Shown piece after piece: positions 41,844-52,561 of a stretch of DNA of 64,000 bases. Source of the stretch: Nitrospirota bacterium (lineage in GTDB: Bacteria > Nitrospirota > UBA9217); assembly GCA_963751455.1 (NCBI GenBank), contig CAVVUN010000015.1, forward strand, positions 480,001-544,000, in the 5' to 3' direction. Below the pieces are notes generated by a model, which saw nothing but the letters and a program-made list of their open reading frames with translations, did not search any database and was not told where the DNA came from. Position numbers and translations under genes: made by a program. Numbering within the stretch: the stretch's first letter is position 1; each line of letters opens with the position of its first letter.

Positions 41844-42290
41844 ATGGCTATGACAAAGGAATTGCACGAAGAGTTTAACAGGAAAGTCGAGGGCTATCGC
41901 AGGGACCTTCTCACCTTTGCCAAAAAAAGCGAATGGGATTCCTTCAAGGCCAAGGCGGGAAGGTTGTTCGATTACGTCGAGAGCATCGAGTTTTCCGAGC
42001 TGGAGAAAAGATTTTTTAAGGTTTTTTACAGCATTCTCGCAGTGCTGGGACTGGCGTGCATCATGCTTTTCGGTTTTGACTTCGGCCTGAAACCGGAATT
42101 TGCCAGGCTAAAGATTGCCTTTGTTTTTTCCGCACTTGCGGGCAGCACCTTTGAACTATATTTCTTTCTTAATTTCAGGGCTTATATGGACATCAAGATG
42201 TCTTATTATAAACAGCGGAGAGAGAACTTTATCAGAGACATCCAGCGTGACTTTACCGAATATACCCGTACGCCGGACGTGCCTGAATAA
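41844..42290 (+). CDS. Hypothetical two-TM membrane protein
   Basis: Charged helical termini with two hydrophobic segments. Confidence 0.75.
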   Translation: MAMTKELHEEFNRKVEGYRRDLLTFAKKSEWDSFKAKAGRLFDYVESIEFSELEKRFFKVFYSILAVLGLACIMLFGFDFGLKPEFARLKIAFVFSALAGSTFELYFFLNFRAYMDIKMSYYKQRRENFIRDIQRDFTEYTRTPDVPE

Positions 42291-42328
42291 GGCCGGAAAG
42301 TTTTTTTGCCCCACTTATAGTACCTTAA

Positions 42329-43138
42329 TTACGTTTTGTAGTATTCCATCGCCTCGGGTATCAATTTGCGAATGTTTTCTATCCGCTTGTCGTCAGCGGG
42401 GTGGGTGCTCAAAAGCTGGGGGGGAGAAGGACCCTTCTTCATCCCGGCCATCCGTTCCCAGAACGCTTCGGCCGTACGAGGATCGTAACCGGCCATTGCC
42501 ATGAAAATTAAACCAAGGCGATCGGCTTCTGATTCCTGCAGCCTGCTGAACGGCAATTGGACGCCGATTTGAGCGCCTAATCCGTAAGCTGCCAGAAAGA
42601 GGTCGCTGGTTTCCTTCGGTTTTTCCGCCAGCGCAGCGGCCAGCGCCATGCCGCCCATTTGCGCTACCAGCGCCTGGCTCATCCGCTCATCGCCGTGGTT
42701 TGCGATCGCATGCGCGATTTCGTGCCCCATCACAACTGCAAGTCCGTTTTCGTCGGCTGCAACGGGAATTATTCCGGTGTATACGACAACTTTTCCTCCG
42801 GGCATGCACCATGCATTGATATCCTTATCCTCAACCAGATTGAATTCCCATGCATACCCCTCCAGGCGTGAAGCCATTCCCTGCTGGTTCAAATACTGTT
42901 CCACGGCATGCTGTATTCGCACGCCCGCGCGCTTCACCATATCAGCCTCGGGAGTGTTCTCAACTACTTTGTGTTTGGAGAGAAAATCGCGGTATTCGTT
43001 GAAGCTCATGGGAAGGAGAGACCCGGAAGGGATGAAAGCGAGTTGATGCCTGCCGGTCACTGGCACAGTTTTACAGGAGAGCAGCAGAGTCATTGCCATT
43101 ACAAACCATACCACTGCATGTTTATTCATTTGGCTCAC
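42329..43138 (-). CDS. M48 family metallopeptidase lipoprotein
   Basis: Lipobox LLSC, NAWCMPGG, HEIAH, ESEAD, STHP. Confidence 0.94.
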   Translation of the reverse strand: MSQMNKHAVVWFVMAMTLLLSCKTVPVTGRHQLAFIPSGSLLPMSFNEYRDFLSKHKVVENTPEADMVKRAGVRIQHAVEQYLNQQGMASRLEGYAWEFNLVEDKDINAWCMPGGKVVVYTGIIPVAADENGLAVVMGHEIAHAIANHGDERMSQALVAQMGGMALAAALAEKPKETSDLFLAAYGLGAQIGVQLPFSRLQESEADRLGLIFMAMAGYDPRTAEAFWERMAGMKKGPSPPQLLSTHPADDKRIENIRKLIPEAMEYYKT

Positions 43139-43147
43139 CCGGTAACT

Positions 43148-43357
43148 TCAAACACTACTGCCTGCCGCCGTGTTATTCGTTTCCCCCGATCCGATAAGAG
43201 ATTTCTGCTGCAGAACGAAGGATTGGCAGCTCCTGCAGAGATACGTCTTGGTCATAACCTCTCTGCTGCCGGCCCTGCCCGACCCGATACGGACCTTTGA
43301 TGTTGCAAGATTCATGAAACGGTCGCTTTTACATTGAGGGCAATACACAACAGGCAT
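43148..43357 (-). CDS. Small zinc-ribbon-like protein
   Basis: GGAGG RBS; CPQC...CRSC. Confidence 0.65.
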   Translation of the reverse strand: MPVVYCPQCKSDRFMNLATSKVRIGSGRAGSREVMTKTYLCRSCQSFVLQQKSLIGSGETNNTAAGSSV

Positions 43358-43722
43358 ACACGACCTCCGTTGAAGCGGCTGCTTTTATAATGATAATGCG
43401 GAAGTTGAGCAGTTCTTTTTAAGTATCGTCGAGGCATTATTATCTGTCAATAAAACAAAAGTCGTAAAAAGTCTTATTTGATAAATCATACTTAAGCCGC
43501 CTTGACATAGAGTATGATCCGATGCACATTAATACCATCAGTTTTTCCATTCACGGTCCCAATACTTTCCGAAGCTAACAATCGCTGTACAGTAAGCCGC
43601 ATTAGAAAGCACGTTTTTCTAATTTTTTGCCAGATTCTGCGTCTGCCGCACGTTCTTTGTGTCCGATATTTAACCGCGGATCAAGATCCGGTTTCTTTTC
43701 TAACGGGGTAAAAAGGAACATC

Positions 43723-44847
43723 ATGAATTTCTTGAGCGCTCTTTTTATAAGTATGGCCATTCTAACAGCTCCCCTGCTTGCCTCGGCGGGCGTTCCCATG
43801 GTCATACCACCCACGCCGCTTATCCATACTCAGGACCCGGCAGCGACGGATGAATCCGAAGCCCTCGCCGGAGCCGAACGGGAAGACGATCAGGACAGGG
43901 AAAGGGCCTATCATATCCCGCTCATCCTGAACGAGAGCGTCGAAGATCAGATTGCATTTTTTACTACTCGCGGCCGGAGCGCGTTTCAGTACTGGCTTCG
44001 TCAATCAGCCCGCTATCTTTCGATGATGAAAGGAATATTCAAAGAGTACAATCTGCCCGAGGATCTCGTGTATGTTGCGATGATTGAGAGCGGGTTCAAT
44101 ATGCGAGCAGTCTCCCCGAAAAAAGCCGTAGGGCCATGGCAGTTTATGAGCCCGACCGGAAGAGATTACGGCTTGAATATCGACCAATGGGTCGATGAGC
44201 GAAGGGACCCGATAAAATCTACGCATGCGGCTGCCGCCTATCTCAAAGATCTCTATAATATGTTCGGTTCCTGGCCCCTTGCCCTTGCCTCATATAATGC
44301 GGGGCAGGCAACCGTGAAGGGCGCAATTCACCGGGCTCAATCCTTCGACTTCTGGGACCTGACCGCTTCCCGGCACATTACGAGTGAGACCTGCACCTAT
44401 GTGCCGCGATATATGGCTGCTCTGGTCATAGCAAAGGACCCTGTGACGTACGGTTTCATGGCTCCCGCGAACGAGGCGTTCGAGTACGATGAGGTCAGTG
44501 TCAGCAAAAGCACGCATATACGAGAGATTGCAAACTTCGCCGGCTGCACCCAGCAGGAAATCAGAGAATTGAATCCGGAACTCGTTCGACAGTCCACGCC
44601 GCCGACCAATTATATAGTCCGTATTCCTCCGGGCACGAAGGAAATCTACGAAAGCCGATTTGCGACCTCCGCTCAGAAACAAAGAATCCGGCAGGCGAAG
44701 ATTAAGGCGGTCAGAAACGCTCTTCTTCTTTCGAGGCTTGCACCCGATCCTGTAGAAAATAAATTGAGCGCGAAGCCGCAGGTACATATCGTGCCGCGGT
44801 TCGCGGCGCAGTTAAGCCCCATCCGCAACGGCTCCTATTACGAGTAA
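43723..44847 (+). CDS. Lytic transglycosylase (MltD-like SLT domain)
   Basis: AMIES, AVGPWQFM, DERRDP, LASYNAG, ELNP. Confidence 0.92.
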   Translation: MNFLSALFISMAILTAPLLASAGVPMVIPPTPLIHTQDPAATDESEALAGAEREDDQDRERAYHIPLILNESVEDQIAFFTTRGRSAFQYWLRQSARYLSMMKGIFKEYNLPEDLVYVAMIESGFNMRAVSPKKAVGPWQFMSPTGRDYGLNIDQWVDERRDPIKSTHAAAAYLKDLYNMFGSWPLALASYNAGQATVKGAIHRAQSFDFWDLTASRHITSETCTYVPRYMAALVIAKDPVTYGFMAPANEAFEYDEVSVSKSTHIREIANFAGCTQQEIRELNPELVRQSTPPTNYIVRIPPGTKEIYESRFATSAQKQRIRQAKIKAVRNALLLSRLAPDPVENKLSAKPQVHIVPRFAAQLSPIRNGSYYE

Positions 44848-44949
44848 AAGCCGGCCTCCCGATTCTTTCCGCGGTCATCTCCGATACCAGCAAAGTAATT
44901 TTTCCGTTATGGACGGCTCCGAATCTTCGCAGAAGCGCGGCGATCAAAA

Positions 44950-45501
44950 TCACCGCCGGAGCAGGCGCTTCAAGGTCGAAAAGTCTTCAATAAATTTCTT
45001 CCGGCCATCCGGGAAACGCATTGCATATGCCGGATGACAGGTTACCAGGTAAGTCCTGTCCGCTTCGTGAATTACTTTCCCGTGATCCCTCGCAATGAGC
45101 AGCTTTTTTCTAAGAAGGGCACGGCAAGCCGTATTTCCCAGCAGGACGATTATACGTGGATTGATTACGGAAAGCTGTTCTACGAGGTGTCCGGCGCCGT
45201 GACTCACCATCTCGGGTGAGGGAGTTCCCCGGTCCGGACGGTAGTGGACAGGGCTCGCGATAAATATTTCTGCGTCATCCAGTCCGGTTTCCTTTATCAT
45301 AGCCCTGAGGAATTTTCCGGCCCTTCCGACAAACGGCCGGCCTGTTTTCGCTTCCTCCCTGCCCGGGGCCTCGCCGATAAAAGCTACGGTCGCAAAGGCG
45401 CTTCCTTCGCCGGGCACGACTTCGCCGCTCCCTCCTTTTTTGCATTCACTGCATTGTGCTATTTCTTGCGCGATCTTTTGGAGCTTTTCTGCTTTATTCA
45501 T
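44950..45501 (-). CDS. Uracil-DNA glycosylase family 4 (start uncertain, 45501-45534)
   Basis: CSEC, IGEAPG, GRPFVGRAG, HPA motif. Confidence 0.9.
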   Translation of the reverse strand: MNKAEKLQKIAQEIAQCSECKKGGSGEVVPGEGSAFATVAFIGEAPGREEAKTGRPFVGRAGKFLRAMIKETGLDDAEIFIASPVHYRPDRGTPSPEMVSHGAGHLVEQLSVINPRIIVLLGNTACRALLRKKLLIARDHGKVIHEADRTYLVTCHPAYAMRFPDGRKKFIEDFSTLKRLLRR

Positions 45502-45700
45502 TGGCAGCTTCACCATGGTAAAAAATTCTAGCATAAAATAAAGGCTGTGTCCGGTTTAACGCTTGCAAAACCAGACGACAGTGCCTTTGGTTGGTGTTGC
45601 TGATTCGTTTTTTATCGGCGATATGGTATAATTGCCGCCGGTTGATATTAAATGAGGAGCGTCCGTAAGAAACCGCCTTCGTACTGGAAAGGACAAGTTA

Positions 45701-46606
45701 ATGCTGTTTGAGAAAGGCACATTGCAGCAGAGGGTCATAGCGACAACCGAGAACGCCCTCAAAAAGGGCAGCCTTTTGCCGGTTCCGACAAATGCAGCTT
45801 TTATTGAAGATAACGGCATTCGGTTTTTCGTCCGTGTTCTTTCCGGCTTAAGGCGCAAGGACGAGGCCCGTAAAAGTCAGAATGAAAAATCGCGAACAGG
45901 AACGAATGCAAACCCCTTTCTACCGCCCGAGAAAGAGCTTGTCGTTGCAGATATTACAGAGACGCACATCGCTATCCTTAATAAGTTCAATGTCGTGGAG
46001 AATCATCTTCTCATTGTAACCCGGCATTTCGAAGACCAGGACACCCTTCTTACTCTCGCTGATTTCGAAGCGCTTTGGACCTGCATGGCTGAATATGAGA
46101 GCCTGGGTTTCTACAACGGCGGGCGAGAAGCAGGCGCCAGCCAGCAGCATAAGCATCTCCAGCTCGTCCCGCTTCCCCTGTCGCCCGAAGGCCCGGCCAT
46201 CCCAATTGCGCCTCTTCTGACCAACGTCGAAATGCACTCGAAGCCGTTCCGGCTGGCCGGCTTTCCCTTTGTCCACGGATTTGTTCGTTTAGAATCGGCC
46301 AAAATGACGTCAACGGCTGCGGCAGCTTCCGAATGTTTCAGACATTATTCTACCCTTCTTAAATACGTCGGGTTGAAGCCTCCGAAGAACGACCTTACGC
46401 GCCAGTCCTCACCGTACTGCCTTCTGCTCACCCGCGACTGGATGCTCGTTGTGCCGAGGTCGCGAGAGCACTTTGAGGAAATCTCATTGAACTCGCTGGC
46501 CTTTGCCGGTTCTTTTTTTGTCCGAAATGAGAAACAGCTGGAACGGTTAAAGGCGCACGGTCCTCTTCGGGCGCTTACCAGTGTTTCGGTGTCCCCGCCC
46601 GGTTAG
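45701..46606 (+). CDS. ATP adenylyltransferase / Ap4A phosphorylase II (DUF4922-like)
   Basis: NPFLP, LNKF, FYNGG..AGASQQHKHLQ, VPRS, NSLAFAG. Confidence 0.9.
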   Translation: MLFEKGTLQQRVIATTENALKKGSLLPVPTNAAFIEDNGIRFFVRVLSGLRRKDEARKSQNEKSRTGTNANPFLPPEKELVVADITETHIAILNKFNVVENHLLIVTRHFEDQDTLLTLADFEALWTCMAEYESLGFYNGGREAGASQQHKHLQLVPLPLSPEGPAIPIAPLLTNVEMHSKPFRLAGFPFVHGFVRLESAKMTSTAAAASECFRHYSTLLKYVGLKPPKNDLTRQSSPYCLLLTRDWMLVVPRSREHFEEISLNSLAFAGSFFVRNEKQLERLKAHGPLRALTSVSVSPPG

Positions 46607-46748
46607 AGAAGGGCGTGACACGTCCTGCTTGTTTGAATGTCCGGACCTTCAGACCGCATTAAAAACGGACCATTCTCTTCCGAATTTGTTCTCAAACAAG
46701 TTTACTTCTCTCTTTACGTCTACGGTTCCGGTGTGATAATATGGCTTT

Positions 46749-48203
46749 GTGGATCATATTCAACCCGAGATCATTCCCCGTTCAAAACATGCGATTTCCC
46801 GCAAATGGATAAGCCCCAATGCAGTCCGGGTGCTGTATCGGCTCAAGGAACAGGGCTATTACGCCTACCTGGTCGGCGGCGGAGTACGGGACCTTCTGCT
46901 CGGCCGTGAGCCAAAGGATTTTGATGTTGCGACGGACGCCACACCGGGCGAAATCAAGAAGATATTTCGTAATTGCCGGCTGATCGGCCGCAGGTTTCGC
47001 CTGGCCCATATTCATTTCCATACTGAAGTCGTCGAGGTTGCGACCTTCCGCTCGTCAACTGTTCCCGAACCCGAAGAGGCGCTTCCGCTGGAGCAGGAGC
47101 CGGCCATTGCGGCGGTGCCGGCCGCGGAACATCCGGAGGCGTCCTTGCCTGACCGTCCGGCTGCCGAAACAACACCTCCCGGGAAAATGCCGCCGAGGCC
47201 GCGACCACCGCGGCTGCTCAAGACCGAAGACGGCATGATCCTGAGGGACAACGTGTTCGGCACTCCGGAAGAAGACGCACTGCGCCGTGATTTTACCGTC
47301 AACGCTCTCTTTTATAACATTGCCGATTTTTCAGTGGTTGATTACGTCGGCGGCATGGACGACCTGCGGCGCGGACTTATCCGCACCATCGGCGACCCGT
47401 TGGTCCGTTTCACCGAAGACCCTGTGCGGATGGTGCGGGCGGTTCGTTTTGCGGCGATACTCGGCTTTGAGATCGAAGAAAAAACCCGGGCGGCGCTTCT
47501 CGAGCTGAAAGACCGGGTCGCGCTCGCCTCGCCCTCACGGATGTATGAAGAAGTGCAGAAACTGCTTCTGCTCGGGGAAGCTGAAAAGACCTATCAGCTG
47601 CTTCGTACGACCGGTTTGTTCGGCGTCATCTTTCCCCGTCTCAATGAATGGGTCGATACCGAGCATGACGGTTTCCCGCACATCTGGATCGGAAAGGCAT
47701 TCGAGTGTGTGGACACGTCCATTCACGCCGGAAGGCAGGTGCAGCCGCATATCCTGTTCGCGCTGATGTTCGGTCAGTACCTGGAGGAGAGGGCGGCCCG
47801 GATAAGAGCATCGGGCGCGCCGCCCCTGGACGCGATTACGAGGGCGGTGGCTGAGACAATGACCGAGCAGGCACAGCGCGTGCAAATACCCAGGAAGATT
47901 GCTCTTACCATGCGGGATATCTATTGGAACCAGCAGCGTTTTCAGAGACGAGACGGGAAATATCCCCGCTACTTTCTGAGGAGGCCGGGTTTCGCGGAAG
48001 CGTTCGAATACCTGTCGTTTATGAGCGAGGTGACAGGCGAAAAAAAAGAGGTAGTGGGGTGGTGGAAGGAGTTTATCAAGACCCATCCACTCGCACCGCA
48101 TGAAACCGAAGCAATACGAAAAAACAAGGAAAAACGGCCAGCCCGCAGAAGGAGAAGAAGAGGCGGGAAACCCAAATCCGGAGCGCCCAACCCGAAGCTG
48201 TAG
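46749..48203 (+). CDS. pcnB: Poly(A) polymerase I
   Basis: VGGGVRDLLLG..PKDFD, LIGRRFRLAH signature, RRDFT, EDPVR, Arg-rich tail. Confidence 0.93.
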   Translation: MDHIQPEIIPRSKHAISRKWISPNAVRVLYRLKEQGYYAYLVGGGVRDLLLGREPKDFDVATDATPGEIKKIFRNCRLIGRRFRLAHIHFHTEVVEVATFRSSTVPEPEEALPLEQEPAIAAVPAAEHPEASLPDRPAAETTPPGKMPPRPRPPRLLKTEDGMILRDNVFGTPEEDALRRDFTVNALFYNIADFSVVDYVGGMDDLRRGLIRTIGDPLVRFTEDPVRMVRAVRFAAILGFEIEEKTRAALLELKDRVALASPSRMYEEVQKLLLLGEAEKTYQLLRTTGLFGVIFPRLNEWVDTEHDGFPHIWIGKAFECVDTSIHAGRQVQPHILFALMFGQYLEERAARIRASGAPPLDAITRAVAETMTEQAQRVQIPRKIALTMRDIYWNQQRFQRRDGKYPRYFLRRPGFAEAFEYLSFMSEVTGEKKEVVGWWKEFIKTHPLAPHETEAIRKNKEKRPARRRRRRGGKPKSGAPNPKL

Positions 48204-48247
48204 TAAAATAACATCTGGATAAATACCCGCCGGCATTCAGGAGCATA

Positions 48248-49084
48248 ATGCGCAGACCCCCTCGGTTTTTTGTATCTCCCGACCAGATTGCAGGATCGCA
48301 GATAACCGTTTCCGGCGAAGACCGGCGCCACATCGCGACAGTGCTCAGGATGAAGGCAGGCGACCGTCTTCTTCTTTCAGACGGGCAAGGAACCGAATAT
48401 TCGGTCAAGATCATCGGTCTTGACCGGGAGGGGGTCAAAACGGAGATCCTCGACCGCCAGAAGCGGGCAATGGCATTTCCGCGGGTGACTCTCGGTCAGG
48501 GACTGCCCAAGTTCGATAAGATGGACTTCATTGTTCAGAAGGCCACGGAACTGGGGGTGGCCGCAATCGTTCCTCTTGTCACCGAACGCGCCATAGTCAA
48601 AGTCAGAGACGAGGAGAAACGCATATCGCGCTGGCAGAAGATCTGCCGCGAGGCGGCCATGCAGAGCGGCAGAGCAGATATACCGAAGGTGCAGCAGTTT
48701 CGAACTTTTCCCGATTTTCTTCAGGATCTGTCAAATCCCCCCGAGCCCCCCTTTGATAAAGGGGGGACTATGATGATTCCCCCTTTGGAAAGGGGGGGAA
48801 AAGGGGGATTTTCATCATCAGAGACCCTTTTGATTCTTCCCTGGGAAGAGGGAACAGTGCCGATCAGGAGCATCCTCGAACAGAATACAGGTGCCGATCA
48901 TATTACCGTGCTGATCGGGCCCGAGGGAGGGTTTTCGTCAGAGGAAGCAGGTCAGGCAAAAGAAAAAGGGTTCCACCTGGTAAGTCTCGGCCGGAACATC
49001 CTGCGGACCGAGACGGCTGCTGTTGCCGTTCTGAGCATGATCCTGTATGCATACCCCGAAACCGATGTACCAATAATCCAGTAG
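48248..49084 (+). CDS. rsmE: 16S rRNA m3U1498 methyltransferase carrying an in-frame palindromic insert
   Basis: H..VLR, QKATELG, EAAMQS, IGPEGG, LGRNILRTETA. Confidence 0.95.
   Translation: MRRPPRFFVSPDQIAGSQITVSGEDRRHIATVLRMKAGDRLLLSDGQGTEYSVKIIGLDREGVKTEILDRQKRAMAFPRVTLGQGLPKFDKMDFIVQKATELGVAAIVPLVTERAIVKVRDEEKRISRWQKICREAAMQSGRADIPKVQQFRTFPDFLQDLSNPPEPPFDKGGTMMIPPLERGGKGGFSSSETLLILPWEEGTVPIRSILEQNTGADHITVLIGPEGGFSSEEAGQAKEKGFHLVSLGRNILRTETAAVAVLSMILYAYPETDVPIIQ
48733..48811. repeat. Palindromic CCCCCTTT/AAAGGGGG element inside rsmE
   Basis: AAATCCCCC...CCCCCCTTTGATAAAGGGGGG...CCCCCTTTGGAAAGGGGG...GGGGGATTT. Confidence 0.85.
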
Positions 49085-49244
49085 CAAATTTCAAATACCA
49101 GTCGAAATACGAACTCGCTATTTTGATCTTTGCGGCTGGAATCGATTTTTATTCGAATTTGCTATTTAGAGGTTCACTTGCCCGGTATTTTTCTTGACAC
49201 AAAAACGGCGGAGATGCTAATATCAGCCTTTGACGGGAGGCGGT

Positions 49245-49694
49245 ATGAAATTGGCGCTCGGCTGCGACCACGGCGGTTTTGAACTGAAGGAAGAAATCCT
49301 CAATTTCATCAAGACGCTCCCCGCTATTCAGGTTTTCGATCTTGGCCCGGCAGCCAAGCAATCTGTAGATTATCCCGATTTCGGAAAGAAAGTTTCCGAA
49401 GCCGTATCGAATGGGTCCGTGGACCGGGGCATCCTCATATGCGGCACCGGCATCGGCATGTCTATCGTTGCCAACCGGTATCCCCGCGTACGCGCCGCCC
49501 TTTGCCACGATCATTTTACGGCGCAGATGAGCCGCGAGCACAATGACGCGAATATTCTCGTCATGGGCGAGCGGGTAACGGGAAAAGGCGTCGCGCTGGA
49601 GATCGTCCAGACCTGGCTCAACACCGACTTTGCCGGCGGCCGTCACCGGCTGCGTCTCGATAAAATCACGGAAATCGAAAAAGCGATCAAGTAA
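49245..49694 (+). CDS. rpiB: Ribose-5-phosphate isomerase B
   Basis: GCDHGG, DYPD, CGTGIG, REHNDAN, FAGGRH. Confidence 0.96.
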   Translation: MKLALGCDHGGFELKEEILNFIKTLPAIQVFDLGPAAKQSVDYPDFGKKVSEAVSNGSVDRGILICGTGIGMSIVANRYPRVRAALCHDHFTAQMSREHNDANILVMGERVTGKGVALEIVQTWLNTDFAGGRHRLRLDKITEIEKAIK

Positions 49695-49789
49695 AAGATG
49701 AATTTTTTTGCCTCTTTCGTATTTAAGTTGAAATGACTCTATTGCCATGCATTGACAAAGAGGAGCGATTCCTCAATGAAAATTCATTT

Positions 49790-49940
49790 TCGCGCAAAGA
49801 CGCAAAGTCGCAAAGTAAGCGAAGCTTCACAAGAACGGGCAAGCCGTGAGCTTGGTGCTATGACTTCGCATCAAGATACTGCGACTTTTCTAAAGACGCC
49901 GCTGTTGGACTTTCTTTGCGTACTTGGCGGCTTTGCGCGA
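49790..49940. repeat. Period-8 inverted tandem repeat (CGCAAAG/CTTTGCG type)
   Basis: tcgcgcaaagacgcaaagtcgcaaag ... ctttgcgtacttggcggctttgcgcga. Confidence 0.8.
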
Positions 49941-50046
49941 GACCGCGGTTCGCAGTAGTTTTTCAACTTTTTTACGAATGACCCATTTTTTGCCACAGGA
50001 TCAACTGCTCTGCGGGCGTAATGACTCTTATTAAGAAGGAAACACC

Positions 50047-51300
50047 ATGTCGGAACTGAAAGAGGCGGACAGCGAAGTGTATAATGCGATCAAGGGCGAG
50101 GAAGAGCGTGAACGGAGCAAGATCGTGCTTATTGCATCGGAGAACTATGTCAGCCAGGCCGTGCTCGAAGCCCAGGGTTCCGTCTTTACGAACAAGTACG
50201 CCGAGGGCTACCCGAACCGGCGTTATTACGGCGGGTGCGAGTTCGCCGATGTGGTCGAGTCCCTTGCGATTGAGCGGGCCAAGAAGCTCTTTGGCGCCGA
50301 GCATGTGAACGTACAGCCCCACTCCGGGTCTTCCGCAAATATGGCCGTTTACTTCAGCGTGCTCCAGCCCGGCCAGACAATACTCGGAATGAGCCTTCCG
50401 CACGGCGGGCACCTGACTCACGGAGCCACCGTCAGTTTCTCCGGCACGCTGTACAAATCTTTTTCGTATGGTGTGGACAAGAAGACGGAACTGCTTGATT
50501 ATGATGAGGTGGAGCGGCTGGCCGTCCAGCATAAGCCGAAGATGATCGTCTGCGGCTACAGCGCGTACTCGCGGGTTCTCGATTTCCCGCGGTTCCGGAA
50601 GATAGCGGACAGGGTCAAAGCCTATCTCATGGCGGACATCGCGCACATTGCCGGCCTCGTCGCCGCTGATGAGCATCCGAGCCCGGTACCCTATGCGGAT
50701 TTTGTCACAACAACCACGCATAAGACCCTTCGCGGTCCGCGCGGCGGCATGATCCTGTGCAAAGAGAAGTTCGGAAAAGCCGTGGACAAGGTCATTTTCC
50801 CCGGGATACAGGGCGGCCCGCTGGTGCATGTCATCGCCGCGAAGGCCGTGTCGTTCAAGGAAGCGCTCTCTCCCGAGTTCAAGGATTATCAGCGCCAGGT
50901 AAAGAAGAACGCCAGGGCGCTTGCACAGCGGCTCACAGAGGACGGGTTCCGGATTGTGTCCGGCGACACAGACAATCACCTGATGCTCGTGGACCTGACG
51001 CCGAAAAACATTACCGGCAAAGACGCAGAAACGGCGTTGGACGCGGCGGGCATCACCTGCAACAAGAACAGCATCCCCTACGATCAGAAGCCGCCGGTGA
51101 CCACGAGCGGCATACGGCTCGGCACCCCGATTGTGACTACGCGCGGTATGCGCGAACCCGAGATGAAGGTGATCGGAGACCTCATCTGCGAAGCGCTGGC
51201 GAATATCGGCTCACCCGACAAGCTTGCGGCCATCAGGGAGCGGACCAAGGCATTCTGCAGCAAGTTCCCCATGTTCGCGATGGAAAAAGCGGAAGTGTAA
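50047..51300 (+). CDS. glyA: Serine hydroxymethyltransferase
   Basis: [41 protein letters not shown]. Confidence 0.98.
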   Translation: MSELKEADSEVYNAIKGEEERERSKIVLIASENYVSQAVLEAQGSVFTNKYAEGYPNRRYYGGCEFADVVESLAIERAKKLFGAEHVNVQPHSGSSANMAVYFSVLQPGQTILGMSLPHGGHLTHGATVSFSGTLYKSFSYGVDKKTELLDYDEVERLAVQHKPKMIVCGYSAYSRVLDFPRFRKIADRVKAYLMADIAHIAGLVAADEHPSPVPYADFVTTTTHKTLRGPRGGMILCKEKFGKAVDKVIFPGIQGGPLVHVIAAKAVSFKEALSPEFKDYQRQVKKNARALAQRLTEDGFRIVSGDTDNHLMLVDLTPKNITGKDAETALDAAGITCNKNSIPYDQKPPVTTSGIRLGTPIVTTRGMREPEMKVIGDLICEALANIGSPDKLAAIRERTKAFCSKFPMFAMEKAEV

Positions 51301-51396
51301 ACCGGAAAACATTGTCAATTGTAGATATCAAATTTTGAAATTGTGGAATTTTTCGAATTTTACAAGTTGCAATTTGAAATTTGAATGAAAGGTGTT

Positions 51397-51846
51397 ATGC
51401 CCCGCCCTTCCTGGGATGAATATTTTATGGAGATAGCGCACCTCGTAAAGAGGCGCGCCACCTGCCTGCGCCGCCAGATCGGCGCCGTTATCATAAAAGA
51501 CAAAAATATCCTTGCGACGGGCTACAACGGCACGCCGTCCGGCATAGAACACTGTCTCGACCGGGGCTGCCTGCGCGAGCAGCTCGGCATCCCGTCCGGG
51601 GAGCGGCATGAGATCTGCCGGGGACTGCATGCCGAGCAGAATGCGATCATCCAGGCGGCAAAGCACGGCACGAGCATCGAAGGCGGCACCCTGTACTGCA
51701 CCAACCAGCCCTGCGGGATCTGCGCGAAAATGATCATCAACGCCGGCATAAAGCATATTGTTTACGAGGACGGCTATCCGGACAAGCTCGCGGAGGACAT
51801 GATGAACGAGTCAGGGATCAAGATTACACGGTACGTAAAGAAATAA
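51397..51846 (+). CDS. dCMP deaminase (ComEB family)
   Basis: [24 protein letters not shown]. Confidence 0.93.
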   Translation: MPRPSWDEYFMEIAHLVKRRATCLRRQIGAVIIKDKNILATGYNGTPSGIEHCLDRGCLREQLGIPSGERHEICRGLHAEQNAIIQAAKHGTSIEGGTLYCTNQPCGICAKMIINAGIKHIVYEDGYPDKLAEDMMNESGIKITRYVKK

Positions 51847-51850
51847 CTTA

Positions 51851-51950
51851 TTGTAAAATGCAAATTGTAAAGTGCAAATTGCAAAGTGCAAATTGCAAAG
51901 TAAACGCAGACACTTTTGAAATTTCCAATTTGATATTTGCAATTTGAAAT
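51851..51950. repeat. Period-7 inverted tandem repeat (TGCAAAT/ATTTGCA type); a related copy lies at about 51329-51385
   Basis: tgcaaat-tgtaaag-tgcaaat-tgcaaag-tgcaaat-tgcaaag ... tttgaaa-tttccaa-tttgata-tttgcaa-tttgaaa. Confidence 0.85.
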
Positions 51951-51961
51951 AGTTTTTAATT

Positions 51962-52441
51962 ATGCGCTGCCCCTACTGTTCCAGTCTTGATAACAAAGTG
52001 GTTGACTCCCGGATCGGGAAGGAAGGGGATTCGATCCGCCGCAGGCGTGAATGCCTCAAGTGCGAGGGCCGGTTCACGACGTACGAGCGTGTCGAGGAAG
52101 TGCTTCCGTCGGTCATCAAGAAGGACGGCCGGCGCGAGCCGTACGACAGGATGAAAATCCTCGGCGGACTGAAGAAGGCATGCGAGAAGCGTCCGGTCAG
52201 CGTGGAGTCTCTGGAAAAGACGGTCGCGGATATCGAGAAGTCCCTTCAGGACAGGGGGTTCAAAGAGATCCCGAGCACCATTATCGGCGAAGAAGTGATG
52301 GGCCAGCTCCACGGCCTCGACGAAGTGGCCTACGTCCGCTTCGCTTCGGTATACCGTTCATTCAAGGACATCAATGAGTTCATGAAAGAGCTCAAGGACA
52401 TCCTGAGCAGCAAGGAAATGAACAAGCTGAACGACGCTTGA
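51962..52441 (+). CDS. nrdR: Transcriptional repressor NrdR
   Basis: MRCPYC..VVDSR..RRRREC..RFTTYE, ATP cone, AYVRFASVY. Confidence 0.97.
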   Translation: MRCPYCSSLDNKVVDSRIGKEGDSIRRRRECLKCEGRFTTYERVEEVLPSVIKKDGRREPYDRMKILGGLKKACEKRPVSVESLEKTVADIEKSLQDRGFKEIPSTIIGEEVMGQLHGLDEVAYVRFASVYRSFKDINEFMKELKDILSSKEMNKLNDA

Positions 52442-52561
52442 AATCGGAGTATGAAACAAAGAAAAATTTGCAGTCGTGTCCATTTCTTAACCAATTCTGA
52501 GAAATAATGTCCCCAGTAATTCTTTCAATCCCAAATCTACAATCCGCAATCCGAAATCCGA

